A stretch of DNA of 64,000 nucleotides, from the NCBI RefSeq assembly GCF_031769215.1, contig NW_026782216.1, forward strand, positions 1 to 64,000. Direction: 5' to 3'. Positions within the stretch are counted from its first letter, which is position 1. Every line of letters starts with the position of its first letter. The notes below the pieces were generated by a model. It saw only the letters and a program-made list of their open reading frames with translations, searched no databases and was not told the DNA's origin. Below, piece by piece: positions 1 to 10,800 of the stretch. The DNA is from Ylistrum balloti. Taxonomy: Eukaryota. The position numbers and the translations under genes were made by a program.

Positions 1-389
1 AGTTATACTACGACTCGAGTTTCGTAACTTGACATAACAAATACAAGTTAATGCAAGATCAAATCCCTCTTTTTCTGTTCAAGCCCTACTTATTGGGGTT
101 TATGATGCAAAATCGTGAGACGCACTCCCATTTTCCTGGTTGACATCAACAAACCCCCTGTAACCCAATGTTGGCGTAGTGCCAACGTCGAACAATATGC
201 TTATTTTCCGCAGAGGGGTTAAAGAACAATTTAGTCAATATTATTTTCACAGATATAGACACATTTTGTATTGCCATCCAACATTTACTTGTCGTGTTTT
301 AACAACTAATGGATATCAACTCTAATGATGACATCCGGCTGTTTGGGCGAGTCGAAGGTCAGACATATTTGTCCGACATTTTGGTTTAC

Positions 390-518
390 CTTCCACTGCT
401 CCACACACAAATTTCTTTGCAGGATCGTCCAGTCGTTTGTTGATCCCCGTAAATTTCATAATCGGTTTACGATTCTTCGGACGATCAATTTTTCTGAGGA
501 AGGTATCAAGAGTTGTAC
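390..518 (-). other. Possible isolated coding exon (129 nt, phase 1-1) of an unidentified gene
   Basis: Minus strand aatag|...GAAG|gtaaac with an open frame (G)TTLDTFLRKIDRPKNRKPIMKFTGINKRLDDPAKKFVCGAVE(G). The acceptor is weak and I recognise no homology. Confidence 0.25.
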
Positions 519-1390
519 CTATTGTTGTATTTTAAGATAATGTGTTGATCATATCGGAGTTGTGTTATGACTGTCGTCTTCCTAGCACTGTTCGTGGATA
601 ATATGGCGAATATATAGTTCAAGTAACCGTCGATTTGATTCGCTGTCTAATATTGCACCTTCCAATGAAAAACGTTGTAACTGGTCGTCTAAGAGAACTG
701 GCTGAAACCGGTTTGAACTAGGCAGGCTGTTGGGGCCGTGTGCACTGCTTATAATATGATGTTATGGGTGACTGTAAACAGAAGTATTCTCTTCAACTTT
801 CCAGTATGCGAACATTTGCTTTCGATTCAACACTAAGCATGAAAATGCACTTTAGACCCAAAATTTATTTACAATTTCCTCGTTATATTTGTTCAGTTCA
901 TTTAAAAGTTTATTTTATTATCGTATAATGCATTGGTACATACATTATAAAAAAACTATATGATTGCGGAAACAAGTGACAGAACTTATGTAAATCTGTC
1001 TACTGATGTCACGATAGAAAAGGAGAAGAGGGAAATGGTCTGGAATATAACATTTAATACTTGATGCGTGTGAAACTGTTTTTCCTACGGAGGAAATATA
1101 GGCATAGCAAATATTTCATTGACCAAAATAATCGAACCATTTCTCTTGATAACGAGGAGAACCAGATTAATTCTCATATGTTGGGTAAAGCCTTACTAAA
1201 AGAAATAAAGAGATGGCGGGATGAAAATGCTCCGCACAGAATATTGCGATAAAATAACAAGCTATTGGGATATATTTTTTTGTGAAAATCCGAGCAAGAA
1301 AAATCGGGAAATTTCATTCAATCCAATCAAAAACAAATTTGTATTGCAGTGTATCGTAGAGGAGCGGAATTATAAGTTGGAAATTAAGGA

Positions 1391-1800
1391 CTAGTCTGAG
1401 AATAACAGAATATCGGGTTATGGGGAAATTCGAACCAGAAAAAAACAGGCTATCGAGATGTGGGGAAATTCGGACTATAATAACAGATTATCGGTGAATG
1501 GGGAAACTCGGACAAGAATAACAAGTAGTAACATGTGTCCAAATTCGGATGGTACACCAATATTAAGTTTAGCAGTCGATGATGTCTGTGGATAGAATCC
1601 GGACTAGAATAACCAGGGCTAGGTTATCAACGTGTAATGAAATTCGGGCAGCAGGTTGTCGAGGTACAGTCAAGAAATTCTGACAAGAATATCGGATTAT
1701 CGGGGTATATAGGGGAAATGGGGCTAGAACTTCGGACTAGAATAACGATTATCGGGGTATAGAGGGGAAATGGGGCTAGAATATGGGTTATCGAGGAATT
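1391..1800. repeat. Degenerate minisatellite (~35-40 bp unit)
   Basis: Recurrent ggactagaataacag...tatcggg...ggggaaattc motif. Confidence 0.7.
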
Positions 1801-2100
1801 CTATTCAGATTTACATATTTTACAGGGAAGTCGGGATAATAGCTGTCTATTTGGATAAAAGGTTAGTATTAAAGACTATTTTGAACAACAGTTTTGGTAA
1901 TATCAAACGAGAAAAACAGACATATCAGAAGAAAATGAGTACAGGGTAGTTTAGTGTCATTTATATTTTTCTCTGCTGCGTTTACTCCAAACGTCGCGAT
2001 ATTCCATTTAAATTTCTTTGTAGATTCATTTATTTGAAAGATTTCTATTCTATTTTTTTTATACAACAATTACAAAAGAAGTTTTTCCAACTTACAATCG

Positions 2101-2284
2101 TCACTCTTGTTGCCCCGGATTGAAGTGTGTGAGGGGTCTTTTTAGTGCTGTTGGAGGAAATATGAGAATCCGGGGAAAACCCACATGGTTGGGCATGAGA
2201 CCCCAAAGCTTTTCATGTCCGATCCGGGAATGGAATCCTGGACGACTAAGTGACAAATACATAACCACTGCGCCACCCGACCAC
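2101..2284 (-). mobile_element. tRNA-derived SINE
   Basis: Minus strand begins GGTCGGGTGGCGCAGTGGTTA (A box) with a degenerate B box, followed by the gtgggttttccccgg...tttcctcc core typical of Meta/V-type SINEs. Confidence 0.7.
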
Positions 2285-2953
2285 CCTATCTTTTCGATGG
2301 AGCGCAAGGAGTCTGCATTATCGATTAAATTATTTTTACTTTTGTTATTCTACATTTATTGACAACGGGATTGGAATTTGTGCCGAGTCCCTGTGCACTG
2401 GTGTATCGCATGACTTCACAGAGATAATGCATTTGATACCCGTTAGAAATAATGGACACACGTACACACACATTATTGTTGTATTGTCTTAAGCTCTCAG
2501 ATAGTATCAATTCAACATGTTTCGACAGGTTTACCAGTGTTCTATTACTGCGGTCTATACATGGGACATTTCAAATGACCTCGTGGGCCATTGTATCCTT
2601 GAGATTTAAAATATTCAACTGCTATATAGCCTTTGAAAGGACCGTTTCTCACGTGGATTTCGTCGATGTTTTTATACATAGGAATGAATGCAAGAACGAT
2701 AACTATCATTGGTAAGAGTGAATATCAATTCGAATTGGTTTATCCGGGAGAAAGGAACACCGCCTATCGTACTTGCATTGGTGCCGTGGTTCGGAATGGA
2801 ACTTGTTCTGAAGAAGCTATCGGCTTAGTCTGTATTGTTGAATTTCAGTAAACATTTAGTCCCTCCTGGTTTCCCACGGAAGACAACCCGTATGTGGACG
2901 TTGTATGGTTGTCGTCTAAAGTGAAGTAACTCGAACGGCATATAAGAATCGAT

Positions 2954-4685
2954 ATGATCCTGAAAGAAGTATGGACATCTTTAGTGAAATGGTGTTCCAG
3001 ACTATCAAATATCTGTCAAAAGAAAATTTTGACACCAAGTCGGATGAGCACACTTGGTCCGTGGCTGTTTTTGCTGGAGATGTATTGTCTGTGTTATATT
3101 GGGACCTCCGAGATTATCCCGACACTGTGGAACAGGTACGGGTCCACTCTGGTTCACATGAATCAGGTATTCACTTGGTTCCTTGGGGTCGAGATCTTTC
3201 TGAACTGGTTGTGTGTTAGGTATGTCACGTCATCGTATAAGTCCGAGGCCGCCCAAATACAGCTGCTGAAACGAGATGATGGCCACACTCAACAGGTGAG
3301 ATTTATCTATAAGCTAGTTAAATGCCTTTACAGATGAAATCCTGACTTTGGTACTGGCTTCATTTAAGGTTTTGTTGTCATAAATAGCCTCAAAATACAT
3401 TTTAAAATACCTTTTTAGCTTTATACATACATGTAATCCAGGAGTCGTTGTATACATGAGGTTAAAAGGATAGATATATATTTACACATGCATTAATTAG
3501 TGCAATGAATAACAATAATACACAATTCACTAAACTTTGAATCAAACAAGGGGGGGGGGGGGTCAAAAGGGGGGCATCTTATCTTTAGTCGATGCACAAT
3601 CCTTATCGAGGGGTAGTGTTATATCTAAGATGACATGCATGTACATAACTTTATCGATGTGTTAACTCTACCATTTTTACAGCACTATCTTATTTTTGTG
3701 ATGTTTCTATAATATAAAGTATACGTATATCAATACAAGGATAACTTAGTAAAAGATCTGACCTAATGGTGTACGCTCTAGGAACATTTGTAATTTCTTG
3801 TGTTCACTGTGTCTTGCCCATGTTCGCGAAAATAGATCTGTTTCGGGAATTTGTTCACAAGATCCGAAAGCAATCTGCTTTTCAAATACAATACTATGTC
3901 TAATCAATTGATTGACTGGAATTTCCTCGATATATTGCAATTGGTCACACTTGTGCGTTCCATGTGAAATAGTATTCTTCTTTCTTTTACAGTACACTGA
4001 CTATACGGTGTCCTTTGTCGAGGAGAACAGCTTGAGACATAGAAAACCTTCCGAACAAAACCAAAGCAAGTCAAAATCTAAAGGGTATTTCACTTGGAGC
4101 ACATGCAAGTCCTGCAAGGAGGTGCGACCCGCTAGATGTCACCATTGTAGCATTTGTAAGACATGCATTCTTGCAAGAGATCACCACTGCTTCTTTTCCG
4201 GAAATTGTGTCGGATACAAAAACCTCCGTCATTTCTTTGTCTTTCTTTTTTACAGTATGTACGCTACGGTTTATGCATTTATTCACGCATCGACTTACTA
4301 TTACCAAGAACTCTGGCCGCGGACATACGCACTGGAGATCCTTCCATTCGTTACCTTCGCAATGAACATCTTTGGTCACAGTGATTACCACACAGGAGTG
4401 CTCATCCTGGTTTGGTGGGCACTTGGTATATTCTTCGCCATTGGCGCCTTCCAATTTATTGACCTTGTGCTTGAAATCCCGGAAGGCGTGACGTCATACG
4501 AATTCAGCAGTGGAATAGAGTTGGATGACTCGCGTTCGTTATTTGAGAAAATCAGAGCAGTGTTTGGGGAATACTGGCTTTTAAACTTTTTAGTTCCAGT
4601 TCATTTTATATTTCCACCTGTCGTGGACCCAATTAATTGGCCAACTATTTCCGGAATAAAACGGGCACCAGAAGAGTTTTTGTAA
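2954..4685 (+). CDS. DHHC-domain palmitoyltransferase (ZDHHC22/24-like), 2 exons: 2954-3295, 3993-4685; 344 aa
   Basis: Exon 1 encodes two TM segments and ends CAG|gtgag. Exon 2 starts after ttttacag| in phase 0 and contains CKSCKEVRPARCHHCSICKTCILARDHHCFFSGNCVGYKNLRHF (DHHC-CRD) and two more TM segments. Confidence 0.92.
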
Positions 4686-5137
4686 AGTGAATATAGAAGT
4701 TTTACAAATTTGTTTCATTTTAATCTTTTATCTTAATTAGAGTCGTCATCTTGTTGATTTCATTAGGCCATAGTCAAAAGTGAGCTTTCTCAAAAGGGAA
4801 GACTCACAGCTGAGCTGTCTCGGAAAGTATAACTCAACTATCGTTAGCCAAAAGCATGAACGAGAAGAGCTTTCCATAATCACAGTGCTGTCTCCAAGAG
4901 GAAGGCACATGTATCATAGAGCAATCATGTCGCATGCGAGCTACGTCAACCAAAGTTGACATCTTTGAACCCGATAGATATTTGGATTATAGGTGTCTGG
5001 GATAAAGCCTGTCAAAAAGGTTGAAATATTTTAATATTGTGTATTTTATATCCAGTAATTCTCGATACTAGATAGATAATAGATTAAGCACATAAGTCTC
5101 CGGTTGTAGATATTGCAATGTTTACACGCCATAACAA

Positions 5138-7167
5138 CTAATGATCCTGATAAATTTTCACGTATAAGGCGTCTTGTGATCGAAGGTCCAAGAATCGTAA
5201 CAGTTCCACGAGACGAAGTTTAACAAATTTTGCAGGAAGAAACTGAATGACTGAATTTCGGGATGACAATATCTTTGTCGAGTTCGGTGGTAAGACTTTC
5301 CAACAGACTATAAGCATATCTATGGGAACTATATGTGTGTTTTTTACAGTGCTGAATTTATAGAGGAGCATACCAAAACAGATCACATTGACCTTCCGAC
5401 GTACATCCATTTCACTTTCAGATATATTGATAACGTCTTGTCTGAAATGAACAAGAGATTTATTGATTTTGTCCATCGCTTATACCCATAAAAATTGGAA
5501 ATCAAGATAGGATCTTTTACATCATCCACTTACCTCAGTTTTTGTAATAACGAAACCAACTTGGGAAGCTTTCCGTCAAGCTGCGCGATAACCACGCTGA
5601 TTTCGATGTCACTTTCGTAAACCATTCATGACTGAATAGCTACCACTCTGCGCCCCCAACTTACGTGTCGCATTTGATTTGGTATTTCAAGACTTTGACG
5701 ATATCACGATTGTCGTGTGAGGTGTTGACAATTGACAAACTCGCAGCGCAACGTTTCAGTAGAGGCGGTCTGTTTAGAACAAGGGGAAGTTTTACGGTAA
5801 TCATACTATGATCTCAAAGGAAGTTTTCTATTCCCTTGTGCGATTTCAAATTGGATGTGATTGATATTCGTCAGTTTGTCAAGTGGTTCCGTTGTTGTTA
5901 ATCTTTTTCTCATTCGAGAACACACTTACTTGTATTGAACAAGATTTACATTATGTGTGTCTTCGTCGAAAGTAGAAGACGTTCAGTGGCGTAGCAAAAC
6001 ATTTTTAAGAGTGTATGCTTTCAAGAGAGGATCCAAGGGCGAAGCCCCGGTTAAGGGGGTATAGGGGCGCAGTAAGGTTAAAAAAAGTAGGGCAAATATA
6101 TCTCAATGGAATTCGAGTGTATGTTTAAGCATACAAGCATACATTATTGCTACGCCTCTGACGTTTAATTTTCCTGAACATCTTGCCTTACTCTGCATGT
6201 ACTTTTTCATGAGTCACCATGCATGTAAACTTTTGTTCATATTTACCATTGTATCATAAAATTTGAGTTCGAATTAAGATCCTATTAACATGGCAATATT
6301 TCCTTTGGCGTTTTTTGCAGGAAAACTTTACAATATTTAATTAAGTTCCAATACTTGCATGCAACCTAGTTTGTCATTTTGTATTAAAAGATGTTAAAAA
6401 TCATTACTTGTAACTTGGCGTTGTTGAGTATCTGTTATCAAATTTAAAAAATCTCATAAATTCTATGATAAATATAGTGAAGAGAAGGATCCATGTTGTA
6501 ATAATATATGAGCATTTTAGGCTGGAGTGTCAAAAAGCTAGTTACATATTTAAATTTGCTTTAGTGTCGCCACGGTCAAAACAATCTTTAATGAAGCAAA
6601 AAAGGCCGGGAGAAATCGTGAAATGTGTCATGAAGACCAGTGAGCTATACAATAAGCATCATGTATGGTCTAGTGTTCATTATTATAAACGGGCTGTTTT
6701 TATCTTCTTAATTCCTATTTTTAGTTTTATCTTGCTGCTATAGAGAATGAAAATGGTTACTAGTAAGGAACGTGTACTTAGTCAGCGGCTGAAAGGATCA
6801 CATCTTTAATTCATACTTACGGGTAGTTAAAAAAAACGATGTAGAGTGAAAAAAAAAATTTTTATAGATAAATGTTTAAAGTGCTGAATTTAACATTTGC
6901 ATGCTGAGGCCGTGACATAAATGAACCAGAAAGCACGTAACCAGTCGACAATTATCGTAAGCATGGAAATGGTGGCAGCTCACTTTTGCATACTTATTAT
7001 TGTGTTTGTCTCCAAACCTCTGTCATTTACTACAACCATAGATGCCGTGTAACGCTAAAATATCCAATGATTTTTCATCAAATCGAAAATATTTACATAA
7101 TCATATCAATTTTACTCGACCGGCCGAAAGCGAACTTACAGTCTTGTTTGATTGTGGTCGAGCCCAT
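5138..7167 (-). CDS. Candidate uncharacterised multi-exon gene head-to-head with KIF11 (exons 7167-7140, 5960-5930, 5769-5665, 5441-...)
   Basis: Three gtaagt donors with phase-compatible AG acceptors give MGSTTIKQDYTHNVNLVQYKPPLLKRCAASLSIVNTSHDNRDIVKVLKYQIKCDTQDVINISESEMDVRRK... The 3' end is unresolved (the frame stays open to 5138) and I recognise no homology. Confidence 0.4.
5984..6160. mobile_element. MITE (177 bp) with terminal inverted repeats and a 5-bp target-site duplication
   Basis: cagtggcgtagcaa ... ttgctacgcctctg (1 mismatch), flanked by acgtt at 5979-5983 and 6161-6165. Confidence 0.85.
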
Positions 7168-7680
7168 TGTCTTTTATCGAGAGTCAAATTGATTGCCTGG
7201 ATACATCTACCAGTGGACTCAAAGGAAACTTTCTGGGTCGAACGTCTTCTTCTCTTTTCAAGATATTTTTTTTCATTTTATGTATTTTCAGAATTTGATT
7301 ACTACATGCATGACGAAGTCACATCCACAAATTTATTATTGACTATTTTGAATTCACCAGACCGAAGTACAGTCACTTGTCAACATTATCATCATTTCTT
7401 ATGTACTTGGAAATGTCCATTTATTCGTTATAACTTGTCATAAAATCATATATGATCAAACTAAAGTACGCTGTGGTTAAAAGATCTGCTAAAATTTTAC
7501 TTTGTCAGTTTCCCAGTATTTTGTTATTCCGATATCACGGGATATACATTTTTTAATTTGTGGTCTGTAATTAAAACCTCATATGACAGACGTTCAAATA
7601 CTTTAAGTTGGTCTTTAATTTATCATTTTATGTATAGTTTATTCATTATGGACATAAAGTAATTTACTAAGTACATTTAA

Positions 7681-7797
7681 GCGGGAAAATTACATGAGGC
7701 AACATTTATCATAGACCTTCGGCATTTGAGGTGCAATCGGAGTTGTCTCCCATGTGGTCGCTCTTTATGGTCGTCGCTGATTGGCTAATTTTTCAAA
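7681..7797 (+). promoter_or_regulatory. KIF11 proximal promoter with E2F-, CCAAT- and CHR-like motifs
   Basis: GCGGGAAA at 7681-7688, ATTGG at 7780-7784 and TTCAAA at 7792-7797, in a CpG-containing region just upstream of the ATG at 7844. Confidence 0.45.
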
Positions 7798-7843
7798 TAG
7801 AGGAGCCAGATTTAAAAACAAGACGAGGAACGAAGACGTAAAT

Positions 7844-10800
7844 ATGAAGCCGAAGACAGGAGATAAAAACCAAAATATAAAGGTCTCGGTTAGATGCAGG
7901 TATGTAATATTGTCTGATTGGTACTTTCTTGTTATTGAGACAAGTATTACACTGGGCATATGATGAAGAATAATTTTGATGTAGGTAAATCTAGATTTCA
8001 GTGTCAGTGTGGTGACATAAGATTATAAACAGGTCAGATGAAAGGACTTCTGTTTTGGAAACTAACCGGACCTGTCGAATGAAACTGTGAACAAAGAGAG
8101 TATTAATCTTGTATTGTTGGTAGCAGTCAAGCTGCATAACAGAACCTTTCGTTTTTAAATCGCCTGTATCGTGGTTAAGCCGAATAATTAGATTCTTGCC
8201 TTGATAATGAGTTTAAATTAGTCGACATTCGACTTGTTAAGTTAACGTTTATATGAGTTCAAAAGAACAAATGACTATATACAAGGCCGCCGAATTCAGG
8301 AGGTGAACTCCCACTTCTACTCCAAATTTTAACGAGATAAAATAATGAATAAAACTGCTTTATACTTTCCACACTTTCAAAAAATACATTTGTCCAAAGC
8401 AAATGACAACTTATGGTAATTAATTCAAGATGTTTTAATCTCTTCATTCATTTTTTGGACTGTTGTAAGCTACGAAACTACGATTATTTTCTTCTCCTTG
8501 TCATATGGAGCTTCTTACTCCTGTAACATAAGAGGTCTTAGGTTGGCTGTTTTATTATCAGACATTATAGTGCCAACTGTGCCTGTCATAAGTTTCTCAT
8601 CATGTAAAACTTCTAACATTGTCGGAGTCGAAGCTTCTAAGTTTCATAAGGATATGTAATTTAAAGTATGTTTATTAAAATTCATGTATTGAACTATAGT
8701 ATTTACAATGGTCAAATACATTGACTGATTCAGAATAGACAGAAAACCAGAATAAATAGTTTACATGCGTCTTTATCAGTGAAGGTTAAAATAATCTACC
8801 ATATTTTTATAGCCATTCCCAGACAATAGTAACCTTATAAATCTTGGATCAACCAAATTTTAGGTGCAGATAGTCTTGCACTTGTCAAATGGTAGAAGCA
8901 ATGGAACTGGATCATTGACATTGGCAAATAGACTGACATCAACCTTGAATTTAAGTAGGTCTTTGATAAAGCATTGCACAAAAGCTTTATCCAAAAGGTG
9001 TAAAACTATGATATGAAGAGTAATCCACTAGGCTGGATTCAAGACTTAGTCAACAAACTGGAACAAACAGTTGTAATTAACAGAACAAGTATTCTGGTGC
9101 CAAAAATTTATAAGTGGGGTTCCTCAATTGCAAGGAAATGTGATTTTTCTTTTTTTCATCAATGACATACGTGAACTTGTTAGAAACAACTTCAAAATGT
9201 TTGCTAACAATGCCAACTACAACAGGGGATATTTGATTGCAAGCTGACTTGGATGTGGAGTGCGCCGACCTAAACATGACTAATGGAACTCAATGTTGAA
9301 AAGTGTAAACATCTCAAGATTCATTGAGGATTAGAAGAAAAATGATGCAACCTGAACTATAGTACAGAAAAGTATTACAACTGTTATAAAACTAGACAAG
9401 GAAAGATATCTATGAATAACGGTTAACAAAAACCTAACAATTTTGTGATTACATCAAATTGGCTGTGACCAAAACGAATCATAATCAGGATCTCATATTC
9501 AAAACATTGGCATGTATCAATCAAGCAACGTTAATGACTATACAAATCCCTATGCCTACCTTATAGAAAACAGCAATTATGTTAAAGTCCCAGATACTAC
9601 AATGAGTCTGGAGAAGGGCAACTAAACTAGTACCAAGTTTTCCACACTCTGATAGATTAAAGGTAAAATGTTATGGTCAGATGTGTTACAGGTCTATAAA
9701 ATCTTGGAGATGAACCGTTGAAGAGTAACTAGAGGTAGCCAAAAAAGTAGGCAAAAGTGTATCCCAACACTTGTATCAGAGGCCATTTGGCAACAGGGCT
9801 GTCAACACCTGGAGATGCCTTCTCATCTAAGTTGTGAATTCTCCAACAACCAATACCTTTAAGTCAGAACTTAAAAATCATTTACAAGAAGTAAACCACA
9901 AGGTCAACCCAAAGTATTACAACCAATCAATATACTCAGTGATATTAACCTGTGCAACTGAATGTGACTGAGTGTACATCAGAAGACATGTTAACAAAAG
10001 AAGGAAGATTTTTACATTGATGTCAATACCTATGAACAATATTAATATAATATTTATGCACACCTTGCTAGATACCTGATAGGTCTGTTGGTGTTACATT
10101 TCTGATTTATCATTTATATGATACCAAAGGATGATTATACTATAGAGTTTCTGAAAAAGTAAGTCAGTGTTAACTTTCTGTCCATTATATGATACCAAAG
10201 GGTAATAATGCTATAGAGTTTCTGAAAAAGTTATTGATATTTGTAACTTCTGGTTTTTATAAACAGCAATATGTTTTGAAGAACTTCTCTGATATTTTAG
10301 CTTCCATAATTGACATTTTTCAGAAGATTGAAGAACCGCGGAAAAATGTCTTCAAGAAATACCAAAGAGAAGTTATTTTTCCTCAACTTCATTTTACATG
10401 TTTTAGACCAATCAATACACAAGAAAAGAAGCAGGGCTCATTTTCTGTGCTGGCATGCAATGGTGAGAAAAAGGAAGTCACAGTAAAGGAACGTTTGGGT
10501 ATAAACCCAAACACCAAATCCTTCTATTTCGACCATGTTTTCCCTCCATCATCCAAACAAATGGACGTTTATCAGTCTGTTGTTACCCCGATCATTGATG
10601 AGGTTCTCTCTGGATATAATTGTACTATTTTTGCGTAAGTATTTCTATGAGTAAATATTATGTCTTCAATCTTCATTTAGCTATGTGGACTGAAATTTGA
10701 TAAGGTGCTGTGCGAAGTTTGATCATAGGCTTTAAGATAAAGTATGTGAGATTGTTTTATTCAGTAATATATTTTTGTATTTTTTAGGAGGGAATTCCTA

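Noticed and set aside
2210-2284. tRNA gene
   Set aside because: The B box and stems are degenerate and it continues into a SINE core; the same applies at 21970-22040.
2452-2851. ORFs upstream of ZDHHC
   Set aside because: They are short and overlapping in different frames, with no recognisable family or consistent splicing.
4071-4454. Antisense and alternate-frame ORFs over ZDHHC (likewise 44910-45363 over FADS6 and 12030-12353 in KIF11)
   Set aside because: These are shadow ORFs of real coding sequence or intronic noise.
10189-10406. N-terminal extension of the KIF11 exon 2 ORF
   Set aside because: It is intronic read-through; the true N-terminus with the conserved NIKVSVRCR motif is at 7844-7899.
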